A stretch of DNA of 19,579 nt, taken from Promethearchaeati archaeon. GTDB lineage: Archaea > Asgardarchaeota > Heimdallarchaeia > Heimdallarchaeales > Heimdallarchaeaceae. The notes under the pieces are model-generated. The model made no database searches. It saw only the letters and a list, made by a program, of their open reading frames with translations, and was not told the origin of the DNA. How positions within the stretch are numbered: the first letter of the stretch is position 1; every line of letters starts with the position of its first letter. Below, piece after piece: positions 1-7,254 of the stretch. The DNA is taken from the NCBI GenBank assembly GCA_013166775.1, contig JABLTJ010000044.1, positions 1-19,579 of the forward strand. Direction: 5' to 3'. The position numbers were made by a program, and so were the translations under genes.

Positions 1-960
1 GGTACCATCACTATATTCACCATCTTTTAACCCTAACATTAGTTCTCCAACATCAGTAACTAAACCACCTGTTATTAGAGGTGTAGAGCTGGAGGTTCTT
101 TCAGTTACGTTAAATGAGGGGTTCCAGTAGACGTCGTCTCTCAGATAGAATTTAAAGTGGTCATCGCTTATTTGTTCCCAATTATCAATTAATCCAGTTT
201 TCAAAGGCACTTGATCAGGACTCCATTGAAGTAGAGGATCAGCTGTTAATTCATAAATCCATGAACTCGAAGATTCATGAAAGAGTAATGGATTTAATTC
301 ACTCCACATTGCATCTCTTGTGTTAAATTCATTTACTGTTACTTGCCCTTCATGTAATCCATCGAATCTCATATAAGGACATGAAGCATCGAATCCCCAC
401 CTCATGTCGTAACCTTTGATGTTAGACCAAATTACACTATAAAATTTTGGTGCATCTAAAGGAAAAATGGGAACAATTTTATCCATCATTAGTTGTTGCC
501 AGTCAAAATAAAGCTGTTGTCTTTCTTCAAGTTCGAGTATAGTTACTGCCAAATTTTGCATTTGTTCACTTTCATTGTAGTAGGGAATATCCTTTGAAAA
601 CCTGCAAATATCCAAAGAACCATTTTCTGTGTATAGTCTTTGAATTTCAGGTGTAGTTCCAAAATTTGTTATACCAACATATGTCAAATCATAATCATGA
701 GTATTAAGCAATGTATCAACATAACCATCCCAATCTTGATTGATCAATGTAACTTCAATTCCAATTTCTTCAAGATATTGTTGTATATAATGAGCATATG
801 TTGGTACTGTATCAGCACCTAAATGGTACCGTAAAAGTACATGACCTATCTTATCTTCATATGCTGAAGATAAGTTAATAGTATCAATATAATTTACACT
901 GAATAATAGAATAGAACTGAAGATGAAAAAAGCAAATCTGCTTTTCCTATTGATAAACAA
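1..960 (-). CDS. ABC transporter substrate-binding protein, family 5 (OppA/DppA-like), 5' part; runs off the left edge
   Basis: Not in the ORF track. Manual translation gives a stop-free frame from TTG at 960 to position 1. It has a signal-like N-terminus (RKSRFAFFIFSSILLF) and the motifs AHYIQQYLEEIGIEVTL, ERQQLYFDWQQLMMDKIVPIFPL, LNPL, GLIDNWEQISDDHFKFYLRDDVYW and SDGT. Start codon uncertain. Confidence 0.85.
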   Translation of the reverse strand, partial: MFINRKSRFAFFIFSSILLFSVNYIDTINLSSAYEDKIGHVLLRYHLGADTVPTYAHYIQQYLEEIGIEVTLINQDWDGYVDTLLNTHDYDLTYVGITNFGTTPEIQRLYTENGSLDICRFSKDIPYYNESEQMQNLAVTILELEERQQLYFDWQQLMMDKIVPIFPLDAPKFYSVIWSNIKGYDMRWGFDASCPYMRFDGLHEGQVTVNEFNTRDAMWSELNPLLFHESSSSWIYELTADPLLQWSPDQVPLKTGLIDNWEQISDDHFKFYLRDDVYWNPSFNVTERTSSSTPLITGGLVTDVGELMLGLKDGEYSDGT

Positions 961-991
961 ACTTATCCAAATTACTAGTTCGTTTATAGAT

Positions 992-1005
992 AATATAAAG
1001 TTTCC
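992..1005 (-). promoter_or_regulatory. Putative archaeal BRE/TATA (GGAAACTTTATATT) for the solute-binding protein gene
   Basis: Purine-rich run followed by TTTATATT about 35 bp upstream of TTG 960. Confidence 0.35.
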
Positions 1006-1017
1006 GACAATATATGT

Positions 1018-1419
1018 TTATGTGGTTCCAGATTTATATAATCTTTTAAGCCTTGATTTCCATCCATTAATATTTCTTACTTCCCATGCTGCCGAATCTG
1101 TTTTTCCTTCTTCATTTATAAAATCAATAACTAAGACTGGTCGAAATCTTGTTTTTCCTAAAAACCATTTAGGAGTTTTAACTTCTATTATTGATTTTAA
1201 TGGAATCTTAATCTCTTTTTTAGGAATAAACATCCCAAAGAAAATTTCCTCTTTTGTGAGTATCAACACTCCATTTCCTCTAACTTGTTTGAATTTCTTA
1301 GAAGCAACTCCATAAAAGTTTGAGAAGAAAGAGATCTCAAGAATTTCCTCGTTTTGGAATTTAGCTATTATTTCTCTTTTCCTTTTTTTGAATGGAAATT
1401 TTATGGGAATAGAACTCAT
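1018..1419 (-). CDS. Small basic protein, probable PH/GRAM-like fold
   Basis: 133-aa ORF with GxLxLT..IFF, IPLKSI.EV, VLVIDF and a C-terminal W-containing helix, a pattern typical of prokaryotic PH-like domains. Confidence 0.6.
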   Translation of the reverse strand: MSSIPIKFPFKKRKREIIAKFQNEEILEISFFSNFYGVASKKFKQVRGNGVLILTKEEIFFGMFIPKKEIKIPLKSIIEVKTPKWFLGKTRFRPVLVIDFINEEGKTDSAAWEVRNINGWKSRLKRLYKSGTT

Positions 1420-1467
1420 TGAGAAAAAGAATTAGAATAAATTAAAAAGGATTTGTAAATAAAAATT

Positions 1468-2469
1468 CTATAATTCATTGCTTTCTTTTTTAACTTCTTG
1501 ACTCTCTCTTCTGATTCGTAACCTTCTTCTAAAAGTATAGAATTCAAAGATTACGAATGGGATAATTATAGAAGCTACGATGATAGTTGGTAACCAGAAA
1601 GAACTCGGATTGGCATAATTTTCATTGTTGATTATGAAATCAGTAGCATTCAATGTTAGATTGTAAGTATGAAAATTGTATGAAATAGGGTTAGGGTATA
1701 CTGTGTTATTCGGATCAGCGATACCATATTCTTCTAAAGCCCATGTTAGATTGTTGTTGAAAGCTTCGTTGTAAGTGCGTCTTATATTCACTAAAGAGAA
1801 GCTATTAACTTCATCCATAGTTACTACGTTGTCACCTGATGAATCTGCCGTTATATTGTTAATTGCATCAATCCAAAAGTGAGCTGATATTCCACCTAAG
1901 AAAGGATTTTCTGAGAGTGACCAATTAATAAGATCATTATTTGTAAACCGAATATTTTTTTCATCAACTGCTACACTACTTAATCCATAACCATCAATGT
2001 AATTTAATTGTTCAATTGAAGAACCAGATTCAGATGATTCAATTAAGACAATTTTCTGAGCAGTTTTTGTTCCAAGCAATTTGTCTGGAAAAAAGCCATC
2101 AAAATCAAGTGTGTCATTCAAGTATGAATGATCTTCTACATGGAAAAAAATAAACAAGAGATCATTGACATCAATATTTACTTGAATATAATTCAATTCA
2201 TTAGCAAGATTTGTCTTGGAAATCTCGTCATTACCATAAAAAGTACTAACTAATCTTGCATCCCAACCAAGTTTGAGAAGCTCTTCAACCATTAGAGTAC
2301 CAGAAGAATTATTAGGATTTTCTGAGCTTCCAGCAAATTGATCAATAATCATTGCATAGCAGACCACAGGATTAGCAGCTATTGTTTTTGGACTGAGCAC
2401 GGTAAAAATCATAGTAAGTACTAAGAAAAATCCTGATTTCTTGATCAAGGAAGATTTGATACTTTTCAC
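1468..2469 (-). CDS. Secreted, C-terminally membrane-anchored caspase-fold (peptidase C14/C13-like) protein, predicted catalytically inactive
   Basis: Signal peptide (KKSGFFLVLTMIFTVL...IAA), caspase-fold motif order (YAMII / DLLFIFFHVEDH / KIVLIESSESG / GLSSVAVDE / ADSSGDNVVTMDE), C-terminal TM helix with an Arg-rich tail, and many N-X-S/T sequons. Start moved to GTG 2469 because the 2547 start translates an oligo-T tract. Confidence 0.7.
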   Translation of the reverse strand: MKSIKSSLIKKSGFFLVLTMIFTVLSPKTIAANPVVCYAMIIDQFAGSSENPNNSSGTLMVEELLKLGWDARLVSTFYGNDEISKTNLANELNYIQVNIDVNDLLFIFFHVEDHSYLNDTLDFDGFFPDKLLGTKTAQKIVLIESSESGSSIEQLNYIDGYGLSSVAVDEKNIRFTNNDLINWSLSENPFLGGISAHFWIDAINNITADSSGDNVVTMDEVNSFSLVNIRRTYNEAFNNNLTWALEEYGIADPNNTVYPNPISYNFHTYNLTLNATDFIINNENYANPSSFWLPTIIVASIIIPFVIFEFYTFRRRLRIRRESQEVKKESNEL

Positions 2470-2512
2470 AGTATGATGTATTCTTTTATCTATAATAGGT
2501 TTATCACCAATC

Positions 2513-2535
2513 AAAAAAAAAGAAAAAAAAGGAAG
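2513..2535 (-). terminator. Oligo-T terminator-like tract
   Basis: Minus strand reads CTTCC followed by two long T runs, just downstream of the degraded gene at 2544-2790. Confidence 0.5.
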
Positions 2536-2543
2536 ATTCAGAA

Positions 2544-2790
2544 TCAAAGCATCATTTCAGCAGAATAAGGTCCTTCAAAGGCTCCTTCGAGATTACCTTG
2601 ATTGGTTTACCTTCTAAAGCACCAGTACCTATGCATTAAATTTACCATCTATATACAAGTTTTCGATTCTGAAATGTATACTTCCTGTGAAAGCTGCAGC
2701 CAATCTATTGATAATCCTTCAAATTCAAATAATCCACGACCTACACCATTAAAGGTAGTTGGATTTAGTAGATCGTTATTCAGAATTAAA
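2544..2790 (-). pseudogene. Frameshifted remnant of a small Gly-rich beta protein
   Basis: Four protein-like segments joined by three frame changes: LNPTTFNGVGRGLFEFEGLSID / AAFTGSIHFRIENLYIDGKFN / GTGALEGKPIK / GNLEGAFEGPYSAEMML*. A T-tract follows. Confidence 0.4.
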
Positions 2791-2820
2791 TATATGAAAA
2801 CTAGCTGAGTATATTTTTGG

Positions 2821-2850
2821 AACAATTATGAAACAATTATTTAACAATTA
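2821..2850. repeat. Three direct repeats of AACAATTA with 11-bp period
   Basis: Exact copies at 2821, 2832 and 2843. Confidence 0.75.
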
Positions 2851-2895
2851 ACAAAACTATAGTTTTTTAAGAAAAGAAGGAGAAGATAAGATGTT

Positions 2896-3552
2896 CTATT
2901 GTTTTTGAAGAGCTTCTACAAGTACTTTTATTTTTCTAAGAACAAAGTCGAAATATTCCGCTAAAGTACCAAAATAGGGTATTTTTTCTATTGTTCCAAA
3001 AGAATCTGTTTGAGTAGACAATGCTACACCAAAGATTATACTCCAGAAGAAGTAAGCAAGTTTTGTAGTTTCTCTCTCTTTGATTTCTCCATTTTGAGCT
3101 GCTTGTAGAAGAATTTCTTGCAAAAGTGTTATAGTTTTAATCTGATATTGTTCTTCTATTGGTCCTTTTTTAGATGATTTTGGAGGAGATGTTTTAAAAA
3201 CCAACCTGAATGTTCTATAATCCTCTTTCATTGAATCAAAATAAACTGTAGCTATTTCTTCAATCAAGTTAATACTCTTTCCCTTATATTCTTTGATTAA
3301 TTCTTCTATTTTATTATCAGAATTCTTGAAATCTTCTTCAACAATAGCAAACCACAATTCTCTTTTGCTTTTGAAATAGGTATATAGACTTGCTTGGCCC
3401 ATATCTAGTTCATTAGCTAAAGCCCTCATGGTAAAGCCACCAACACCGAATCTCAGAAAGAGTTCCCTACCTTTGTATATAATCTCCTTGAAAACTAATT
3501 GCTTTTGTTCAAAAGACCTTGCACGAGTTTTTTTCACAAAATACACTCTCAT
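2896..3552 (-). CDS. TetR/AcrR family transcriptional regulator
   Basis: HTH motif GFTMRALANELDMGQASLYTYFKSKREL. The true start may be GTG 3537, about 26 bp below a TTTATTAA box. Confidence 0.95.
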   Translation of the reverse strand: MRVYFVKKTRARSFEQKQLVFKEIIYKGRELFLRFGVGGFTMRALANELDMGQASLYTYFKSKRELWFAIVEEDFKNSDNKIEELIKEYKGKSINLIEEIATVYFDSMKEDYRTFRLVFKTSPPKSSKKGPIEEQYQIKTITLLQEILLQAAQNGEIKERETTKLAYFFWSIIFGVALSTQTDSFGTIEKIPYFGTLAEYFDFVLRKIKVLVEALQKQ

Positions 3553-3559
3553 ATTACTA

Positions 3560-3574
3560 TTAATAAATGTTTTT
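3560..3574 (-). promoter_or_regulatory. Putative BRE/TATA for the TetR gene
   Basis: AAAAACATTTATTAA with the TATA element centred about 26 bp upstream of the in-frame GTG at 3537 (leaderless-type spacing). Confidence 0.4.
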
Positions 3575-3816
3575 AATCGAACTTTGGTCCATTAATCCAA
3601 TTAAAGAAAAATCGTTGTTTATTTATTTTCTAAGATGAGCGTAAATATTCATTTAAAAATCCTAAAGTTAATTCTTTGAAACAGATTATTAGCGAACAAC
3701 GATAGAATAGAAAGATTAATAAGGAAATATGAGAGAAATAACCGAACATTGAACGGGTTTTGAAACAATATTCCTTATCCTTTGTTTTTTGTTTAAAGTA
3801 AAAATGAGGTAATAAA

Positions 3817-4029
3817 ATGTTAAAATGCAAACACAAATGTACGAAATGTGAAGAAACTTGGGAATGCACTTTTCCTTATTTTTCGAAATTTCAATTCTTT
3901 AAAACTACAGTAAATAATGGATACTATTGTAACTCCTATTGTCCTACTTGTCAATCAGATGAGAGAGCAGAAATGGATGATTTATTTGACAATATGTCAG
4001 AGAATGGATATCTAAAATCCTCTATTTAA
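3817..4029 (+). CDS. Small Cys-rich putative zinc-binding protein
   Basis: GAGGT ribosome-binding site upstream of the ATG; CKHKCTKC...WEC...YCNSYCPTC followed by an acidic helical tail. Confidence 0.7.
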   Translation: MLKCKHKCTKCEETWECTFPYFSKFQFFKTTVNNGYYCNSYCPTCQSDERAEMDDLFDNMSENGYLKSSI

Positions 4030-4215
4030 CAGATATAGCAGTAAAAATTATGTATCATATTGTTTATAAAACATCAATCTATAAGTGCTTGTTAATAAAA
4101 ATTAGAAAGTAATAAATTCAAAGAATTAAAATTAATTTTATTTGAACTTCTTTTTATTAAATAGATGGAAAATCACTCCTGAATTCAAAAAGTGAAAAAC
4201 AAAATAGGTAAAAAC

Positions 4216-4416
4216 ATGAAAGGAACTATAAAGAAAATACTAGCTATCAGAGGGTTTGGCTTTATTGAAAGAGAAAGTGAAGATGAAGATCTGTACTTTC
4301 ATTGGTCAAAAACACAAGACGACTTCTATTATCTTAAGGTGGGAGATGAGGTAGAGTTCGACTTAGAAAAAACTAAAGATAAACAACAAGCTATCAACGT
4401 AACATCTATTTTTTAG
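4216..4416 (+). CDS. Cold-shock domain protein (CspA family)
   Basis: MKGTIK..RGFGFI (RNP1), DLYFHWS (RNP2), LKVGDEVEF, QAINV; AGGT upstream of ATG 4216; 66 aa. Confidence 0.95.
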   Translation: MKGTIKKILAIRGFGFIERESEDEDLYFHWSKTQDDFYYLKVGDEVEFDLEKTKDKQQAINVTSIF

Positions 4417-4501
4417 TTTGAAGAGTTTCACAACGTTGTAAAAAAGAGAGTTCTAAAATTAAAACTGTTACTCTGATGATGTTATAATATTGAGACTAAA
4501 A

Positions 4502-4531
4502 TAAAAAAAATAAAGCATCAATTAAGATGCT
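4502..4531 (-). terminator. Hairpin plus T-tract after the ABC permease gene
   Basis: AGCATC-N6-GATGCT inverted repeat (4514-4531) followed on the minus strand by a T-rich run. Confidence 0.55.
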
Positions 4532-4539
4532 AATTTTCA

Positions 4540-5817
4540 TCACTCTTTCTTTGGTCTAAGTTTGAGAAGAGATATGAGCACTAGTCCAATTGTCAGGTAA
4601 ATCAACGTTACAATAATTAATGACACAAATTCAAATCTTATGTCTGAAAATGTCTGACCATAAATCATAACCTGATTGACCATTCTAGTTGCAAGATTTG
4701 TAGGTAGGATATCAAAAACTCCGAAAACATTACCATTTATCTGAAACATTGGTATTGTCGCTATTCCCCATACAGGAAAGAATGTGATCATGTATAACGG
4801 GATTGCTACAACACTTGATATTGAGCTAGCGATTGTACTTTTCTTTGCAAATGAAGCAATCATCATTCCAATTGCAGACATCGATAATGACATAACCCAA
4901 ACAATAGCTCCCGCCAAAATATACGATCCAATTGCATTATATCCAAATGCTAGAGACAGTGCAAATAGAACAATTATCTGAACTAGAGCGACTAGAAGTT
5001 GAGCAATTGCCAATCCGCCTATTAGATGAATTGTCCTCATCGGAGTGAGTTGCAGTTTTTCCAAAGTTCGTTTTTCATATTCCTCTGCTAAAATAGAAGC
5101 TACAAATACTATATTCATTACAATACCAATAATTACAAATCCTGGAACCATTAAGTCAAAAATCGTTGTATTTCCAACAATATTGAGATGAGTTTCTGTA
5201 ATTATACTCTGACCTGTATCGTCTCCTAAACTTAATCTAACTGAATCTACGAACTCATTATAGATAGTGGTGAATGCTGAAAGAGCACTTTGATAAACTC
5301 CAGTTGCAGGATCTCCAACAACAGTAATCTCAACATCACTATCAAAGTTGAAAATCGCTTCACTGAAATCCTCAGGAATAAGCATCGTGAGATGCAAACT
5401 GTGTTCCTCATAAATCAGATAATCTTCTGTTGATTGATTATATACTTCTGTTTCATATACGTAGAAGAGATTCATTGGCTCTTCTCCTTCTTCAAGAGGA
5501 TATAGAATATCTTCTAATGAATTGATGAGTAATTCTCCGAAATTATATGTTACTGTGTCATTTGTATAACCAATATCATCATTTATCACGAGTATATTGA
5601 ACGATTGCACAGAAGAAATTGGTCCTCCAAAGATTACTCCCATAAAAATCATAAGTACGGCAGGTAAAGCAACAGCAATGATCAGAAAAAGCTTTGATCT
5701 GAAGATTTCCTTCATATATTTTATACTTAGTTTTAAGGTAGTTCTGAATTCAAATCCAAGATTTTTGGTAATTGAAACTAATTTGTTTTGTTTATTATTT
5801 TTCTCACTCATTCTCAT
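4540..5817 (-). CDS. ABC-2 type exporter permease
   Basis: N-terminal TM, large acidic extracellular loop, then further TMs; motif EEYEKRTLEKLQLTPM; TGATG overlap with the ATPase stop (start 5817 or 5811). Confidence 0.92.
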   Translation of the reverse strand: MRMSEKNNKQNKLVSITKNLGFEFRTTLKLSIKYMKEIFRSKLFLIIAVALPAVLMIFMGVIFGGPISSVQSFNILVINDDIGYTNDTVTYNFGELLINSLEDILYPLEEGEEPMNLFYVYETEVYNQSTEDYLIYEEHSLHLTMLIPEDFSEAIFNFDSDVEITVVGDPATGVYQSALSAFTTIYNEFVDSVRLSLGDDTGQSIITETHLNIVGNTTIFDLMVPGFVIIGIVMNIVFVASILAEEYEKRTLEKLQLTPMRTIHLIGGLAIAQLLVALVQIIVLFALSLAFGYNAIGSYILAGAIVWVMSLSMSAIGMMIASFAKKSTIASSISSVVAIPLYMITFFPVWGIATIPMFQINGNVFGVFDILPTNLATRMVNQVMIYGQTFSDIRFEFVSLIIVTLIYLTIGLVLISLLKLRPKKE

Positions 5818-6770
5818 CACACCCTTAATTCCTTTCCAGTTAAACTAATGAAAACAGTCTCAAGAGATTGTTTTGTTAACTTCACATCTTGTATAGTAAA
5901 TCCTTCTTCTTCAATAACGTTTAAAATTTCAGGCATTTTAGATATTGCATTTAACGTCTTGATTGATATGGTTTGATCTTTCGTCTCTACTGTTATATCA
6001 GTCACAGATTTGTCAATTTTTGATATTAAAGTTTCATCGAATTCTTTGTCAATCTCTAATTGGAGAATATCTCCTTTACCATGTGTATTCTTGAGATTTT
6101 CAGGTGTATCTGTTGCAAGCATCTTACCCAAATCAAGTATTCCAACTCTATCCGAAAGTGCATCTACTATTTCCATGAGATGACTTGTAATGATTATAGT
6201 TCTATCTTTCGTCGAAGCAAAATCTCTAAGATAATCATATAGATAATTACGGGTTTGAGGATCCAGCCCCACAAATACTTCATCTAATAGTAAGATTTGA
6301 GGATTATGAACCATTCCCATAGCTAAATTCAATCTTCTTTGCATGCCTCCAGATAGTTTAGAAGCAAGTTTCTTCTTATGATCAGTCAAGTATAAACCTT
6401 CGAGTAAATGGTTGATTCTTTCTTTAAGTTCCTTGCTAGGAATTTTGTAGATTGTACCTATCACATTGAGATTCTCGTATACTGTTAGATTATCCCAGAA
6501 TGCAGCTACTTGTGGCACATAACCAATCAAATTTTTCAATTTAGAGGAATTTACATTTAGCTCTTCTCCATTGAAAAGTATCTGACCTGAAGAGGATTTT
6601 AGCAAGCCTACAAGCATACGTATTAAAGTTGTTTTCCCAGCTCCATTAGGACCTAATAATCCGAAAATCTCTCCCTTATAGATATCTAAATCTAACGAAT
6701 CTACTGCTTTTGTATTATTTGTAGTATAAACTTTTGATAAATTTTGAATCTGAATAGCAGTTTTGCTCAT
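5817..6770 (-). CDS. ABC transporter ATP-binding protein (DrrA-like exporter ATPase)
   Basis: Walker A GPNGAGKTT, signature LSGGMQRR, Walker B LLLDE, H-loop ITSH, C-terminal SLETVFISLTG. Confidence 0.97.
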   Translation of the reverse strand: MSKTAIQIQNLSKVYTTNNTKAVDSLDLDIYKGEIFGLLGPNGAGKTTLIRMLVGLLKSSSGQILFNGEELNVNSSKLKNLIGYVPQVAAFWDNLTVYENLNVIGTIYKIPSKELKERINHLLEGLYLTDHKKKLASKLSGGMQRRLNLAMGMVHNPQILLLDEVFVGLDPQTRNYLYDYLRDFASTKDRTIIITSHLMEIVDALSDRVGILDLGKMLATDTPENLKNTHGKGDILQLEIDKEFDETLISKIDKSVTDITVETKDQTISIKTLNAISKMPEILNVIEEEGFTIQDVKLTKQSLETVFISLTGKELRV

Positions 6771-6792
6771 AACAGATTTTTTAAGAGTAGAA

Positions 6793-6806
6793 TATATTAA
6801 TTTTTC
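6793..6806 (-). promoter_or_regulatory. Putative BRE/TATA for the ABC operon
   Basis: GAAAAATTAATATA about 26 bp upstream of ATG 6770. Confidence 0.4.
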
Positions 6807-6830
6807 TAGACATGTGCTTCAAGAATTAGA

Positions 6831-6852
6831 GAGTTTATAAAGTTTTAAACTC
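6831..6852. promoter_or_regulatory. 22-bp near-perfect palindrome, candidate operator
   Basis: GAGTTTATAA-AG-TTTTAAACTC, one mismatch in the 10-bp arms. Confidence 0.4.
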
Positions 6853-6875
6853 ACATAATATTTTAAATTCTTAAT

Positions 6876-6899
6876 AAGGAAAAGAAAAGAAAAAAAAAA
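6876..6899 (-). terminator. Oligo-T terminator tract
   Basis: Long T run followed by CTTTTCTTTTCC on the minus strand, directly after the TAA of the 59-aa gene. Confidence 0.6.
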
Positions 6900-6902
6900 C
6901 TC

Positions 6903-7082
6903 TTACTCTGCCTTCTTTGGAATCAAATAAATAGATAAAGTCCAAAGTGCAATTACTACTGCAACGAATACAAGAACCATCCCTATCCACCAAACACTAT
7001 ATGAAAAAGTAATCAATAGTACTCCTGCAGCTAAAAATCCAAGTATCATTAATGTTATGTAAAGCAAGTTGTTTTTGTCCAT
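6903..7082 (-). CDS. 59-aa two-TM small membrane protein (below the ORF-track cutoff)
   Basis: MDKNNLLYITLMILGFLAAGVLLITFSYSVWWIGMVLVFVAVVIALWTLSIYLIPKKAE*; purine-rich GAAGTGGA upstream and a T-tract downstream. Confidence 0.8.
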   Translation of the reverse strand: MDKNNLLYITLMILGFLAAGVLLITFSYSVWWIGMVLVFVAVVIALWTLSIYLIPKKAE

Positions 7083-7211
7083 ATAAATCCACTTCTTTAA
7101 TTTAATTTCTGTTGTTCTAATATGTGTTGTTTGTTCTTCTTTTTAAAATTTATTCGAATCAAGTTACTATTTTCGTTAGATTAAAATTATGAGTAATCAA
7201 GAAATCTAATC

Positions 7212-7228
7212 CGCAAAAAATATATACA
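7212..7228 (+). promoter_or_regulatory. Putative BRE/TATA for the MDR cluster
   Basis: CGCAAAAAATATATAC about 30 bp upstream of ATG 7255. Confidence 0.5.
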
Positions 7229-7254
7229 CTTTTATTTATTGTATTCAGAGAAAA

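Noticed and set aside
640-1315. Plus-strand ORFs 640-822 and 923-1315
   Set aside because: Antisense shadows of the SBP and PH-like genes; no motifs
2602-2808. 68-aa plus-strand ORF
   Set aside because: No RBS or motif; the opposite strand looks more protein-like
3630-3869. 79-aa minus-strand ORF
   Set aside because: Overlaps the better-supported Cys-rich gene and the promoter region
4426-4443. Near-palindrome TTTCACAACGTTGTAAAA after the csp stop
   Set aside because: Single copy with no loop; function cannot be supported
4784-6242. Four short plus-strand ORFs inside the ABC genes
   Set aside because: Antisense shadows
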